Part shown: piece after piece, positions 21,951 through 30,833 of the stretch | How the letters are laid out: each line of letters starts with the position of its first letter | How positions within the stretch are numbered: the first letter of the stretch is position 1 | Assembly (NCBI GenBank): GCA_000175855.1 | Contig: ACYB01000005.1 | Location: 30,001 to 62,000, forward strand | Length of the DNA: 32,000 nt | Direction: 5' to 3' | Source of the DNA: Raphidiopsis brookii D9 | GTDB lineage: Bacteria > Cyanobacteriota > Cyanobacteriia > Cyanobacteriales > Nostocaceae | The notes under the pieces: model-generated | The model's database searches: none | Told to the model about the DNA's origin: nothing | The model's input: only the letters and a program-made list of their open reading frames with translations | Position numbers and translations under genes: made by a program

Positions 21951-22907
21951 ATGGCTGGAACCGATTTTAAAGACTATTATTCAATTTTAGGAATCAGTAA
22001 AACTGCCAGTCCAGAAGAAATTAAACAAGCTTTTCGCAAACTAGCTCGTAAATACCACCCTGACGTTAATCCTGGAAATAAACAAGCTGAAGCAAGATTC
22101 AAAGAGATTAATGAAGCCTATGAGGTTCTGTCGGATCCAGATAAACGGAAAAAATACGACCAATACGGTCAATATTGGAAACAAGTAGGAGAAGGTGGTT
22201 TCCTGGTGGTGCGGGGAGTAGATATGAGTGGTTTTGACTTTGGTCAATACGGCAGTTTTAATGATTTCCTCAATGATTTATTTGGTGGGGTAGGACCCCG
22301 CAGCTCAACCTCTTCTCGCTCCGCTGGTCGACCCGGTGGTTTTGGAGACTTTGGTTTTCCGGATATGGGTGCCCAAGATAGTGAATTTGTCATTACCCTA
22401 AGCTTCGCCGAAGCATTTGGAGGAGTACAAAAACGATTCAGTTTAGGAAATGAAACCATTGAAGTGCGTATTCCTGCAGGAGCAAAAACTGGCACTCGTT
22501 TACGGGTGAGGGGTAAAGGTGCAGTTAACCCTAAGACCGGACAAAGGGGAGATTTATATTTAAAAACAGAACTATCACCCCATTCATTTTTTCAACTTGA
22601 AGGTGACCAACTAATTTGCGAAGTGCCAATCGCACCAGAGGAAGCAGTTTTAGGTGCGACCATTCAGGTTCCCACACCTGATGGTCATGCTAGCGTAAAA
22701 TTACCCGCAGGAGTGCGTTCTGGTCAGTCTCTGCGCTTACGTGGCAAGGGATGGCCCCTACCCAAGGGCGGTCGTAGTGACCAGTTGGTAAAAGTTGCCA
22801 TTGTACCCCCTAAAGACCTCACTCCCCAAGAGCGGGAATATTACGAGAAACTGCGTGCTATCCGTAGTTATGATCCTCGCGCTCATTTACAGCAAATTAA
22901 ATTCTGA
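21951..22907 (+). CDS. DnaJ-family chaperone (J domain plus C-terminal substrate-binding domain, CbpA-like)
   Basis: [66 protein letters not shown]; [19 protein letters not shown]; [38 protein letters not shown] at 21938-21943 supports the ATG at 21951. Confidence 0.93.
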   Translation: MAGTDFKDYYSILGISKTASPEEIKQAFRKLARKYHPDVNPGNKQAEARFKEINEAYEVLSDPDKRKKYDQYGQYWKQVGEGGFLVVRGVDMSGFDFGQYGSFNDFLNDLFGGVGPRSSTSSRSAGRPGGFGDFGFPDMGAQDSEFVITLSFAEAFGGVQKRFSLGNETIEVRIPAGAKTGTRLRVRGKGAVNPKTGQRGDLYLKTELSPHSFFQLEGDQLICEVPIAPEEAVLGATIQVPTPDGHASVKLPAGVRSGQSLRLRGKGWPLPKGGRSDQLVKVAIVPPKDLTPQEREYYEKLRAIRSYDPRAHLQQIKF

Positions 22908-22957
22908 TTCTGGATCACCCCAGGGAACAGAAGTAACCCCGTATTTTTTCGGGCAAC

Positions 22958-22985
22958 GTAGAAAATTTAGTATTTTCTACTTTTT
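22958..22985 (+). terminator. Intrinsic terminator after dnaJ-like gene
   Basis: GTAGAAAAT-TTAGT-ATTTTCTAC perfect 9-bp stem with 5-nt loop, then TTTTT. Confidence 0.75.
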
Positions 22986-22989
22986 ACAC

Positions 22990-23019
22990 TTGACGGAGTA
23001 AATTCACCCACAGTATGAT
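22990..23019 (+). promoter_or_regulatory. Sigma70-like promoter upstream of the COP23 cluster
   Basis: TTGACG (22990-22995), 18-nt spacer, TATGAT (23014-23019), directly after the terminator and about 220 nt upstream of the first COP23 start. Confidence 0.5.
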
Positions 23020-23237
23020 ATAGGTGTTGATTAAAAAACTTCTTGTTTGTAGGGAATGACTGCTTGTCATCTCATTGAGTGGGTTAAGTAAACATAAAGG
23101 ATATCTTTGTGGTAACCGGTAGTCCAGGAATAAACAATGCGCCATTAATGCATTAAGAATAGTCGGTAGTGCGCAACTTTCAGTTTAAACCCTAGCGAGT
23201 TTCTGTTAGGAAAGAATAAAATTAGGAGATATATATT

Positions 23238-23912
23238 ATGAACAGCAAATTCTCAGCCACAGGTTTAGTAGCAACCCTAGCCCTATCAAGCATTTTGGGT
23301 TTAGGACATCGTCAATTAAAAGCCCAATCATCAGATGACGCATTCTTTGATCCGAGCGATCCCAGTCAATACAACGGAACTAAATTTACCTGTGTAGCCC
23401 AAGGTAGCGACTGGTCCACAGTTGGACAGCGCCCTGGTGGTAGACCAATTCCCATAATTGTGTGGACAAAAAAAGGAGCCCAGTCCTTTGGCGAAAATTA
23501 TAATCCCAAGAGCCGTTGTGAAATCGTCACAGCCAACCTCAACCAAGCGGTAGAAGACAGTGCTGGTAAGCTTTACGACGTAGTCCTAACCTGGGGTAAA
23601 CTTGGCGATGGCAAGACTGTTATTTGCGCACTTTCTTTAAAGGATAAAGGAGGTTGTGATGGTAACAATACCCTGTTTGCTCTGAAGCCAGAAAATGCCA
23701 AGGACCCTAATAAGGTTTTAGAAACCCTGACTCAAATTAGCATTAAAGGTTCCAGTGCAGGGACTGTTCGTGAAACAACAAGTCGTTTGAGTGTAAACCT
23801 GGGCAAAGTTGTCTCACAAGCAGCCAAGCGATTGCCTCAAGAAACACCCAAAACTCGCACAATTCCCGGAAATAGACCCGTTAAAGATACACCCGTTAAA
23901 GGTACTCTGTGA
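23238..23912 (+). CDS. COP23 domain-containing secreted protein, copy 1
   Basis: Signal-like N-terminus; YNGTKFTCVAQGSDWSTVGQRPGGRPIPIIVWTKKGAQSFGENYNPKSRCEIVT...VICALS; ribosome-binding site TTAGGAGA before the ATG. Confidence 0.85.
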   Translation: MNSKFSATGLVATLALSSILGLGHRQLKAQSSDDAFFDPSDPSQYNGTKFTCVAQGSDWSTVGQRPGGRPIPIIVWTKKGAQSFGENYNPKSRCEIVTANLNQAVEDSAGKLYDVVLTWGKLGDGKTVICALSLKDKGGCDGNNTLFALKPENAKDPNKVLETLTQISIKGSSAGTVRETTSRLSVNLGKVVSQAAKRLPQETPKTRTIPGNRPVKDTPVKGTL

Positions 23913-24031
23913 CGAGTTGGTAACAAAACTTTGTATTAGAAGTTATCAGCATCGGGAACTTTCGCAATTCCATACTAGTCAATTTTTTCTAGGATGCACA
24001 CAACAAAATTAGGGAGTCATTTAGGAACATT

Positions 24032-25261
24032 ATGAACATTATATCAAAATCACATCTAAAATCTTCCGTAGTTATGGTAACCCTGTCCATCTGCGGTTCC
24101 TTGTCAGTTACACTTCCCATAGGTGCTCAGGTGCCTCCAGTGGCACCAGTCATCTATGTAGATCCCGCTAATGGGTTGAATGTTGTTGGCAATGGTAAGT
24201 CCCCAACAAATCCATATAAAAGCATTACTTTTGCCCTGGATCAGGCCCAATCGGGAACCATAATTCAGTTAGCTCCTGGTAGCTACACTAACGAGTCCTT
24301 TCCCATCCGAGTCAAACAGGGTGTTACCTTGCGGGGTGATGAATCAACCCAGGGCAAGACGGTGGTGATTTCCGGTGGTGGGGATTACAACAGTCGTAGG
24401 TTTGCCAAACAAAACGTGACAATTCTTGCGGGAGAGAATAGTACAATTACTGGTGTAACCGTGACGAATCGGAATGACAGAGGCACGGGTATATGGGTAG
24501 AATCAACTAACCCAGTGATTAAGAATAGCACATTTACCCAAAATTCCCGGGAGGGAGTATTCTTGATTGCTAGTCCCAATCCTACCGTGGAAAATAACCA
24601 GTTTATAGCAAACAATGGCAACGGTATTTCTGTAACCAAATCCAGCGGGGGGAAAATTAACGAGAATGTATTTGAAGGTAGTGGCTTTGGGTTGAGCATC
24701 AATGATGACTCCGCACCAGTATTGACTAAAAACCAAATCCTAAACAACAAAGATGGACTACTTATTACTGAGACAGCTAAACCATCGTTACGGGGCAATG
24801 TAATTAAGAATAACCAACGGGATGGCATAGTCATCACTCTTAATTCTTCCCCGGACCTAGGCACCCGGAGCAATCCAGGTGGCAATGTCATCGTCAACAA
24901 TGGTCGCTACAACATTTATAATGCTACCACAACTGGTGTTGCCATTTCCGCACTGGGTAATACCATAGACGACTCAGGGATTTTAGGTGAAGTAGAAATA
25001 GATGGAATCCAAATTACAGGTAGCAAAAAACCAGTGTCATCCGACGACCCAAATTTAGCCCTGTTAAAAAGATGGCAATTAACAGCTGTTTCCTGCAACT
25101 CTGGTCCAGCAATTGACATCTTTATAGGTGATAGACAGTATTGTGTCAGTCCCCACCCAGACCTAACCGCTAAGGCTTATGAGTACAATCCTACCACTGG
25201 TACCCTCAGAGCTTTAAGAACTGGCCCACGTGGCAACTCAATCATACGACCTGGCTTGTAG
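24032..25261 (+). CDS. Secreted right-handed parallel beta-helix protein (DUF1565/NosD-like)
   Basis: Signal-like N-terminus; IYVDPANGLNVVGNGKSPTNPYKSITFALDQAQSGTIIQLAPGSYTNE...FPIRVKQGVTLRGD; repeated NPVIKNSTFTQNSREGVFL / NPTVENNQFIANNGNGISV rungs. Confidence 0.88.
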   Translation: MNIISKSHLKSSVVMVTLSICGSLSVTLPIGAQVPPVAPVIYVDPANGLNVVGNGKSPTNPYKSITFALDQAQSGTIIQLAPGSYTNESFPIRVKQGVTLRGDESTQGKTVVISGGGDYNSRRFAKQNVTILAGENSTITGVTVTNRNDRGTGIWVESTNPVIKNSTFTQNSREGVFLIASPNPTVENNQFIANNGNGISVTKSSGGKINENVFEGSGFGLSINDDSAPVLTKNQILNNKDGLLITETAKPSLRGNVIKNNQRDGIVITLNSSPDLGTRSNPGGNVIVNNGRYNIYNATTTGVAISALGNTIDDSGILGEVEIDGIQITGSKKPVSSDDPNLALLKRWQLTAVSCNSGPAIDIFIGDRQYCVSPHPDLTAKAYEYNPTTGTLRALRTGPRGNSIIRPGL

Positions 25262-25309
25262 ATTTTGCTCCAGCAAGACCTGAAACTAAAAGCAAATTAA
25301 GGAGATATT

Positions 25310-25957
25310 ATGAACAGCAAATTCTCAGCTACATTTTTAGTAGCTACCCTAACCCTATCAAGCATTTTGGGTTTAGGAAATGGTCAATTAAGAGCCCAAT
25401 CATCAGATGATGAATTTTTTGATCCGAGCGATCGCAGTCAATACAATGGGACTAGATTTGCCTGTGTAGCCCAAGGTAGTAACTGGGCCACAGTTGGACA
25501 GCGCCCTGGTGGTAGACCCATTCCCATAGTTGTGTGGACAAAAAAAGGAGCCCAGTCCTTTGGCGAAAATTATAATCCCAAGAGCCGTTGTGAAATCGTT
25601 ACAGCCAATCTTAACCAAGCAGTGGAAGACAGCGCTGGTGATCTTTATGACGTAGTCCTAACTTGGGGTAAACTTGATAATGGCAAAACTGTGATTTGCG
25701 CACTTTCTTTAAAAGACGAAGGAGGTTGTGATGGTAGCAATACTCTGTTTGCTCTGAAACCCGAAAATGCCAAGGATCCTAATAAGGTTTTACAAACCCT
25801 GACTCAAATTAGTCTTAAAGGTTCTAGTGCAGGGGTTGTTACTGAAACAAAACCTCGTTTGAGTGTAAACCTAGGTAGGGTTGTATCCCAAGCGTCCAAA
25901 CGCTTGCCCCAAGAAACACCCAAGACCCGCAAAACTCCCAAATCAACTATAAGGTAG
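25310..25957 (+). CDS. COP23 domain-containing secreted protein, copy 2
   Basis: Very close to copy 1 (FACVAQGSNWATVGQRPGGRPIPIVVWTKKGAQSFGENYNPKSRCEIVT); AAGGAGATATTATG start context. Confidence 0.85.
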   Translation: MNSKFSATFLVATLTLSSILGLGNGQLRAQSSDDEFFDPSDRSQYNGTRFACVAQGSNWATVGQRPGGRPIPIVVWTKKGAQSFGENYNPKSRCEIVTANLNQAVEDSAGDLYDVVLTWGKLDNGKTVICALSLKDEGGCDGSNTLFALKPENAKDPNKVLQTLTQISLKGSSAGVVTETKPRLSVNLGRVVSQASKRLPQETPKTRKTPKSTIR

Positions 25958-25966
25958 ATAGAGATT

Positions 25967-26647
25967 ATGAGTAGGAAATTCTCAACCACATTTTTAGTAG
26001 CTACCCTAACCCTATCAAGCATTTTGGGTTTAGGACATGGCCAATTAAAAGCCCAATCATCAGATAACGCATTTTTTGATCCGAATGATCCGAGTCAGTA
26101 TAACGGGACTAGATTTGCCTGTGTAGCCCAAGGTAGTAACTGGGCCACAGTTGGACAGCGCCCTGGTGGTAGACCAATTCCCATAGTTGTGTGGACAAAA
26201 AAAGGAGCCCAGTCCTTTGGCGAAAATTATAATCCCAAGAGCCGTTGTGAAGTTGTCACAGCCAACCTCAACCAAGCCGTGGAAGATAGCGCTGGCAATC
26301 TTTACGACGTAGTTTTGACCTGGGGCAATGTTGGTGACAAAACTGTTATTTGCGCACTTTCTTTGAAGGATGAAGGAGGTTGTGATGGTAACAATACCCT
26401 GTTTGCTCTCAAACCCGAAAATGCCAGGAACCCTAACAGGGTTTTAGAAACCTTGACCCAAATTAGCATTAGAGGTTCTAGTGCAGGGGTTATTACTGAA
26501 ACAAGGGGACGTCGTCCTAATCGTGCTAGCGTAAACCTAGGTGAAGTTATCTCACAAGCAGCCAAGCGCTTGCCCAAACAAACGCTCAGAACCCGCCCAA
26601 ATCCTGGAGTTAAACCTACTGTTAGGCCTACTAGAGGTGGTCTATGA
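25967..26647 (+). CDS. COP23 domain-containing secreted protein, copy 3
   Basis: MSRKFSTTFLVATLTLSSILGLGHGQLKAQSS...YNGTRFACVAQGSNWATVGQRPGG; starts about 9 nt after copy 2 ends. Confidence 0.85.
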   Translation: MSRKFSTTFLVATLTLSSILGLGHGQLKAQSSDNAFFDPNDPSQYNGTRFACVAQGSNWATVGQRPGGRPIPIVVWTKKGAQSFGENYNPKSRCEVVTANLNQAVEDSAGNLYDVVLTWGNVGDKTVICALSLKDEGGCDGNNTLFALKPENARNPNRVLETLTQISIRGSSAGVITETRGRRPNRASVNLGEVISQAAKRLPKQTLRTRPNPGVKPTVRPTRGGL

Positions 26648-26738
26648 CGAATGGCGGTTCTTGCATAATTGCTAACAAAATTGAAAGCGTGGGATAACCA
26701 AAATTTTCCACGCTCCACCGAGAAAAGAAAGAGGCATT

Positions 26739-27514
26739 ATGAAATTTTCAGCAGCAGTTTTGACTACTTTCCTGACTGTATCAGCTATAGGTTGGCATGC
26801 TGGTATGGTGAGAGCTGTACCAGTGGAAAGTGGAGATAACCCCCCACTATCCCTGCACCCGACAACCCATCAAACTCACAACAGACTGATGGTGATGAAG
26901 GCTACAGTGGAGACAACCCACCCACTACTCCTGCATCCAACAACCCATCAAACTCACAACAGACTGGTGATGATGAAGCCTACAGCGGGACAAAATTTAC
27001 TTGTGTGTCCCAAGGTAATGGCAAGTGGGCTACCGTTGGACAGCGCCCTGGTGGACAGCCAATTCCTGTAATCATTTGGACCCAATCAGCTTCCAAATAT
27101 TTTGGTAGCCAATTTGCCCCCGAAAACCGGTGCCAAATCGTCACCAGCAAGTTCAATACAGCAGTGCGAGAGAGTGGTGGTAGCCTTCAGGATGTGTTGT
27201 TAACTAGTGGCAATGTTAATGGTCAGGTTGTTATTTGTGTAATTTCCGACCGAGATAATGGGTGTCAGGAGAAAAATACCCTATTTACCCTGAAACCAGA
27301 AAATGCCAAGAACCCTGATAAGGTTTTATCTCAACTCTTGGAGATTAGCACTAAGGGGTCAGACGGAGGTGTAATTACTGAAACAAGAAGTAATCGGCGG
27401 CGGGTTACAGTCAAACTCAGTGATGTGCTGTCAATAGCAGCTCGACGCTCATCTTCTTCACCCGTTAAAAGGCCAAAGGTTCAAAATAACCGACGGAATC
27501 AACGTGGTTTGTAA
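26739..27514 (+). CDS. COP23 domain-containing secreted protein, copy 4, interrupted by one apparent frameshift
   Basis: Signal peptide is in ORF 26739..27071 and the COP23 domain in ORF 27005..27514. Adding 1 nt in the C6 tract at 26840-26845 gives one 258-aa frame: ESGDNPPTIPAPDNPSNSQQTDGDEGYSGDNPPTTPASNNPSNSQQTGDDEAYSGTKFTCVSQGNGKWATVGQRPGG. Confidence 0.8.
26835..26989 (+). repeat. Two tandem copies of a 78-nt (26-aa) repeat inside COP23 copy 4
   Basis: Unit 1 at 26835-26911 (77 nt, lacks 1 C): DNPPTIPAPDNPSNSQQTDGDEGYSG. Unit 2 at 26912-26989 (78 nt): DNPPTTPASNNPSNSQQTGDDEAYSG. Confidence 0.85.
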
Positions 27515-27541
27515 AGTAATTGTGGGAAAAAGGAATGGTAC

Positions 27542-28162
27542 ATGATGAAACTATCCACGACAGTTCTAGTTACTAGTTTAGCCCTAACAGGAACTTTGAT
27601 TCAGTTTGGGGTACAAGCTAAGCCCCCTACTGAAACCTACAATGGCACCAAGTTTACATGTGTTTCCCAAGGCAATGGCAACTGGGCTACTGTTGGTCAG
27701 CGTCCCGGTGGTGGTCCAATTACCGTAATTACCTGGACAAAAGAGGGTTCTAAATATTTTGGGGACAACTATACTGCTCAAAATCGTTGTCGAATGGTAA
27801 CTCCTAAATTTAATCGAGCTGTGAAACAAAATGGTGGACGTCTGAAAAATGTAGCTCTAATTAAAGGTATTGTTAACAATGAGACAGTTATCTGTGTAGC
27901 TTCTACAAGAAGTAGAACAGGTTGTAATGCTGAAAATTTCTTGTTTACTCTTAAGCCAGAAAATTCTCAAAAAGCCAATGAGATTCTGGCACAACTTACG
28001 GGAATTGGTAAATTGGGTTCCAGCGCAGGAGTTATCTGGGAAACAACCGGTCGTCTGCGAATTGAATTGAGTGAGGTTCTCGACCATAATCTTGACCCAC
28101 AACCCCAGCATTCTGACAAAATAACACCACCAGCAGACTCTAATCGGGGGTTCAAACTATAA
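27542..28162 (+). CDS. COP23 domain-containing secreted protein, copy 5
   Basis: YNGTKFTCVSQGNGNWATVGQRPGGGPITVITWTKEGSKYFGDNYTAQNRCRMVTPKFNRAV...VICVAS; signal-like N-terminus. Confidence 0.83.
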   Translation: MMKLSTTVLVTSLALTGTLIQFGVQAKPPTETYNGTKFTCVSQGNGNWATVGQRPGGGPITVITWTKEGSKYFGDNYTAQNRCRMVTPKFNRAVKQNGGRLKNVALIKGIVNNETVICVASTRSRTGCNAENFLFTLKPENSQKANEILAQLTGIGKLGSSAGVIWETTGRLRIELSEVLDHNLDPQPQHSDKITPPADSNRGFKL

Positions 28163-28217
28163 ATTCTACCCGGATGAGAAGGAATTAATCAACCGCTCCT
28201 TTTTTGAGTGAATCACC

Positions 28218-29030
28218 GTGTTTTATCCCATGTCTTTTAGGTTGTCTGTGCTATTACTGACAACAACTCTTCCCACTGTTTTGTATTCTCAAACCCTACC
28301 TAACTTCCTGGCTTCCAAACCCCATCCCGGATTTGAATTTCCCGCCGCCAGGACTGCCAGTAAAGTAACAGTCAGAATTTTTACCAAGTCTGGATCCGGT
28401 TCAGGAGTAATTATCAACCGTCAAGGAAAAAGCTACACGGTTTTGACCAATGATCACGTAGTAGTGGATAGTCCTGAGAGTGGTTATGAGGTTTTAACAC
28501 CTGATGGCAAGATTTACAAAGCTCACCAGTTGCCAACGGTAAATCCTGATTCCCTGGATCTAGCACTGGTGGAATTTACCAGTGGGGAAAATTATCAAGT
28601 TGTGCAATTTTCCCAGTCGCCAAATATATCTGGGGAAGTGGTATATGTATCTGGGTTTCCAGCGTGGCATTTTGTTTTTAATCGGGATACTATCAGCAAA
28701 GTGGAAACAACCCGCAATTGGGGACTGGGTGCTTTCAAGCTACGACCAGGCAACATCAAAATGTATCTTGACAAGACCTTGGTAGGTGGTTACAAGTTAG
28801 GTTTTACCAATGATTTTACCCAAGGGATGAGTGGAGGCCCTGTTCTAAATCAACAAGGAGAGCTTATTGGCATCAGTGGTTTATTAAAATACCCATTTCA
28901 GGGGATTAATGCCTTTATTTTCACTGATGGAACCAGGCCAGAAAGGGAAGAATACCGTAGAATCGAGTCTTTAAGTTGGGCTATTCCTATTTCCACTGTG
29001 GTTGGTTTTCTCCAAGAGCAAAAAAAATAA
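28218..29030 (+). CDS. Secreted trypsin-like serine protease
   Basis: Triad contexts YTVLTNDHVVVDS (His), DLALVEFTS (Asp), GMSGGPVLNQQGELIGISG (Ser); signal-like N-terminus. An alternative ATG lies at 28230. Confidence 0.88.
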   Translation: MFYPMSFRLSVLLLTTTLPTVLYSQTLPNFLASKPHPGFEFPAARTASKVTVRIFTKSGSGSGVIINRQGKSYTVLTNDHVVVDSPESGYEVLTPDGKIYKAHQLPTVNPDSLDLALVEFTSGENYQVVQFSQSPNISGEVVYVSGFPAWHFVFNRDTISKVETTRNWGLGAFKLRPGNIKMYLDKTLVGGYKLGFTNDFTQGMSGGPVLNQQGELIGISGLLKYPFQGINAFIFTDGTRPEREEYRRIESLSWAIPISTVVGFLQEQKK

Positions 29031-29046
29031 TAGAATTATCATTATC

Positions 29047-29073
29047 AATCATAAGCAAATATTTATGATTTTT
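29047..29073 (+). terminator. Possible intrinsic terminator between the two protease genes
   Basis: AATCATAA-GCAAATAT-TTATGATT perfect 8-bp stem with 8-nt loop, then TTT; the run TTTTT spans 29069-29073. Confidence 0.5.
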
Positions 29074-29113
29074 GACACTATTCCTACGCAAAAACACTGT
29101 GGGAGAAAAGTAA

Positions 29114-30635
29114 ATGAATTTAAGTATTACAACAAAAACCCCAAGAAAAACTACGATAAAAACTGCCAGAATTAATCTTTTTCTACTGGCTAGTGCACTC
29201 GTAACTGCTATTACATCTACTACTTCGTTAGCCACAGACACTATCAGTGCCCAGGACATAGCACAAATTGCTAAGAAGACATCTGTACAGATTAATACAG
29301 AAGGTGATATTACTCCGGGTGGTTCAGGAGTGATTATTGCCCAACAAGGTAATCGTTATTCTGTACTAACGGCCAATCACGTGGTCTGTGATATTATAGA
29401 CAGGCCGGGAAAAATTACCTGTGCTAAAGACATTACCTATTCTGTAAGAACAAATGATGGCAAAGAATACCCGATTCAATCACAGGACATTATAGTCCTA
29501 CAGTCAACCAAAAATGATCCTGATTTAGCCCTAGTTAGCTTTGTAGCTACAGAAGAATATCCCGTAGCTAATTTAGGTGATTCTGACCAAATGACAGAAG
29601 CATCAGATGTGTTTGTGGGGGGTTTTCCAGCAGTATTTGGTAAAGTTGGATCAGCCAGAGATTTTAGTTTTAGTAAAGGGATTGTTCTTTCGCGTGGTAG
29701 AACTTCTATTAATGGGTACAGTTTAATTTACGATGCCAAGACCCTGACCGGGAATAGCGGTGGACCGGTTTTTGATATTAAGGGTAGAGTGGTGGGAATT
29801 CACGGGTTAGCAGACGCCTCGAATAAAAGTAAAACAGAAACGGGAGAACTAGTATCACAGAAAACCGGATTTAATGCTGGCATTCCCATTAATACTTTTT
29901 TGAACTTCAATAACCCCCTGGTTAAAGATCTGCCAATTAAAAGGAATACCATTGCTACTGGGGAAGCGCCACAAGAACGTTTAAATTCTCCCCAATCTGC
30001 TCGAGATTTCTATGCCAGAGGTATTACTAAGCTGGAACAGTTTAATTATAAAGAGTCTTTAGCTGATCTTGATCAGGCGATCAAAATTGACCCCAAATAT
30101 GCAGAAGCTTATTTCAAACGCGGATATGCTCTCAGTTGGCTGAGAAGATACGAAGAAGCCCTTTTGGACTTTAACCAGGTAATTGCCTTGGATCCAAATT
30201 ATTTGGATGGTTATCTCAACCGTGGCTGGACTTATATCTGGTTACAAAATGACCAGGCCGCTCTTGAGGATTTCAATCGGGTAATTCGTATCAATCCTAA
30301 TTATGCTGAGGCATACGCCCATCAAGGTATGGCTTATATTAAGCTGGGCAAGTATCAAGCTGCCCTAGAATCTTCTAAACAAGCTATTAGGTTGGATCCT
30401 AATAAAAGTTATGGGTATACGATTCAAGGTGATGTATTCAATTATCTTAAAGACTATCCTGCTGCTATCAATGTTTCGACTTTTGCAATTAAAAATTGAT
30501 CCAGATGATTTTAATGCCTACATAAATCGTGCTTTAGCATATACTCTCACAGGTAATTATTCAGACGCTCTTGTGGACTATCAAAAGTCCGCAGAAATTT
30601 TTGAAAGACGTTACACCAGAAAACCTTCAAACTAG
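29114..30635 (+). CDS. Secreted trypsin-like protease fused to C-terminal TPR repeats, interrupted by one apparent frameshift
   Basis: YSVLTANHVVCDI (His), NDPDLALVSF (Asp), LTGNSGGPVFDIKGRVVGIHG (Ser), then TPR units such as DPKYAEAYFKRGYALSWLRRYEEALLDFNQVIAL. ORF 29114..30499 continues into 30411..30635 if 1 A is removed from the A5 run at 30491-30495; the result is 506 aa. Confidence 0.85.
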
Positions 30636-30833
30636 ATAACCAAAAATATCTGGTATTGAAGGTGCATTACCTACCCTAACCCACTCTAAAAGAGCGGCGA
30701 TCGCACTGATAGCGACAAAATTCCCTACCCCTTGAGGTCCTGGGAAGTAACCTGGATTATTCGTCAGAGTAGAATAAAAATCGCTGAAAGGGTTATACTG
30801 CAACAGCTACGGCAATAAGGGTTAATGAGCGAT

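Noticed and set aside
23331-26275. Near-identical antisense ORFs of about 71 aa (23331-23546, 25403-25618, 26060-26275) conserved in COP23 copies 1-3
   Set aside because: They sit antisense to strongly supported COP23 coding sequence. Their conservation follows from the paralog similarity, and no start signals support translation.
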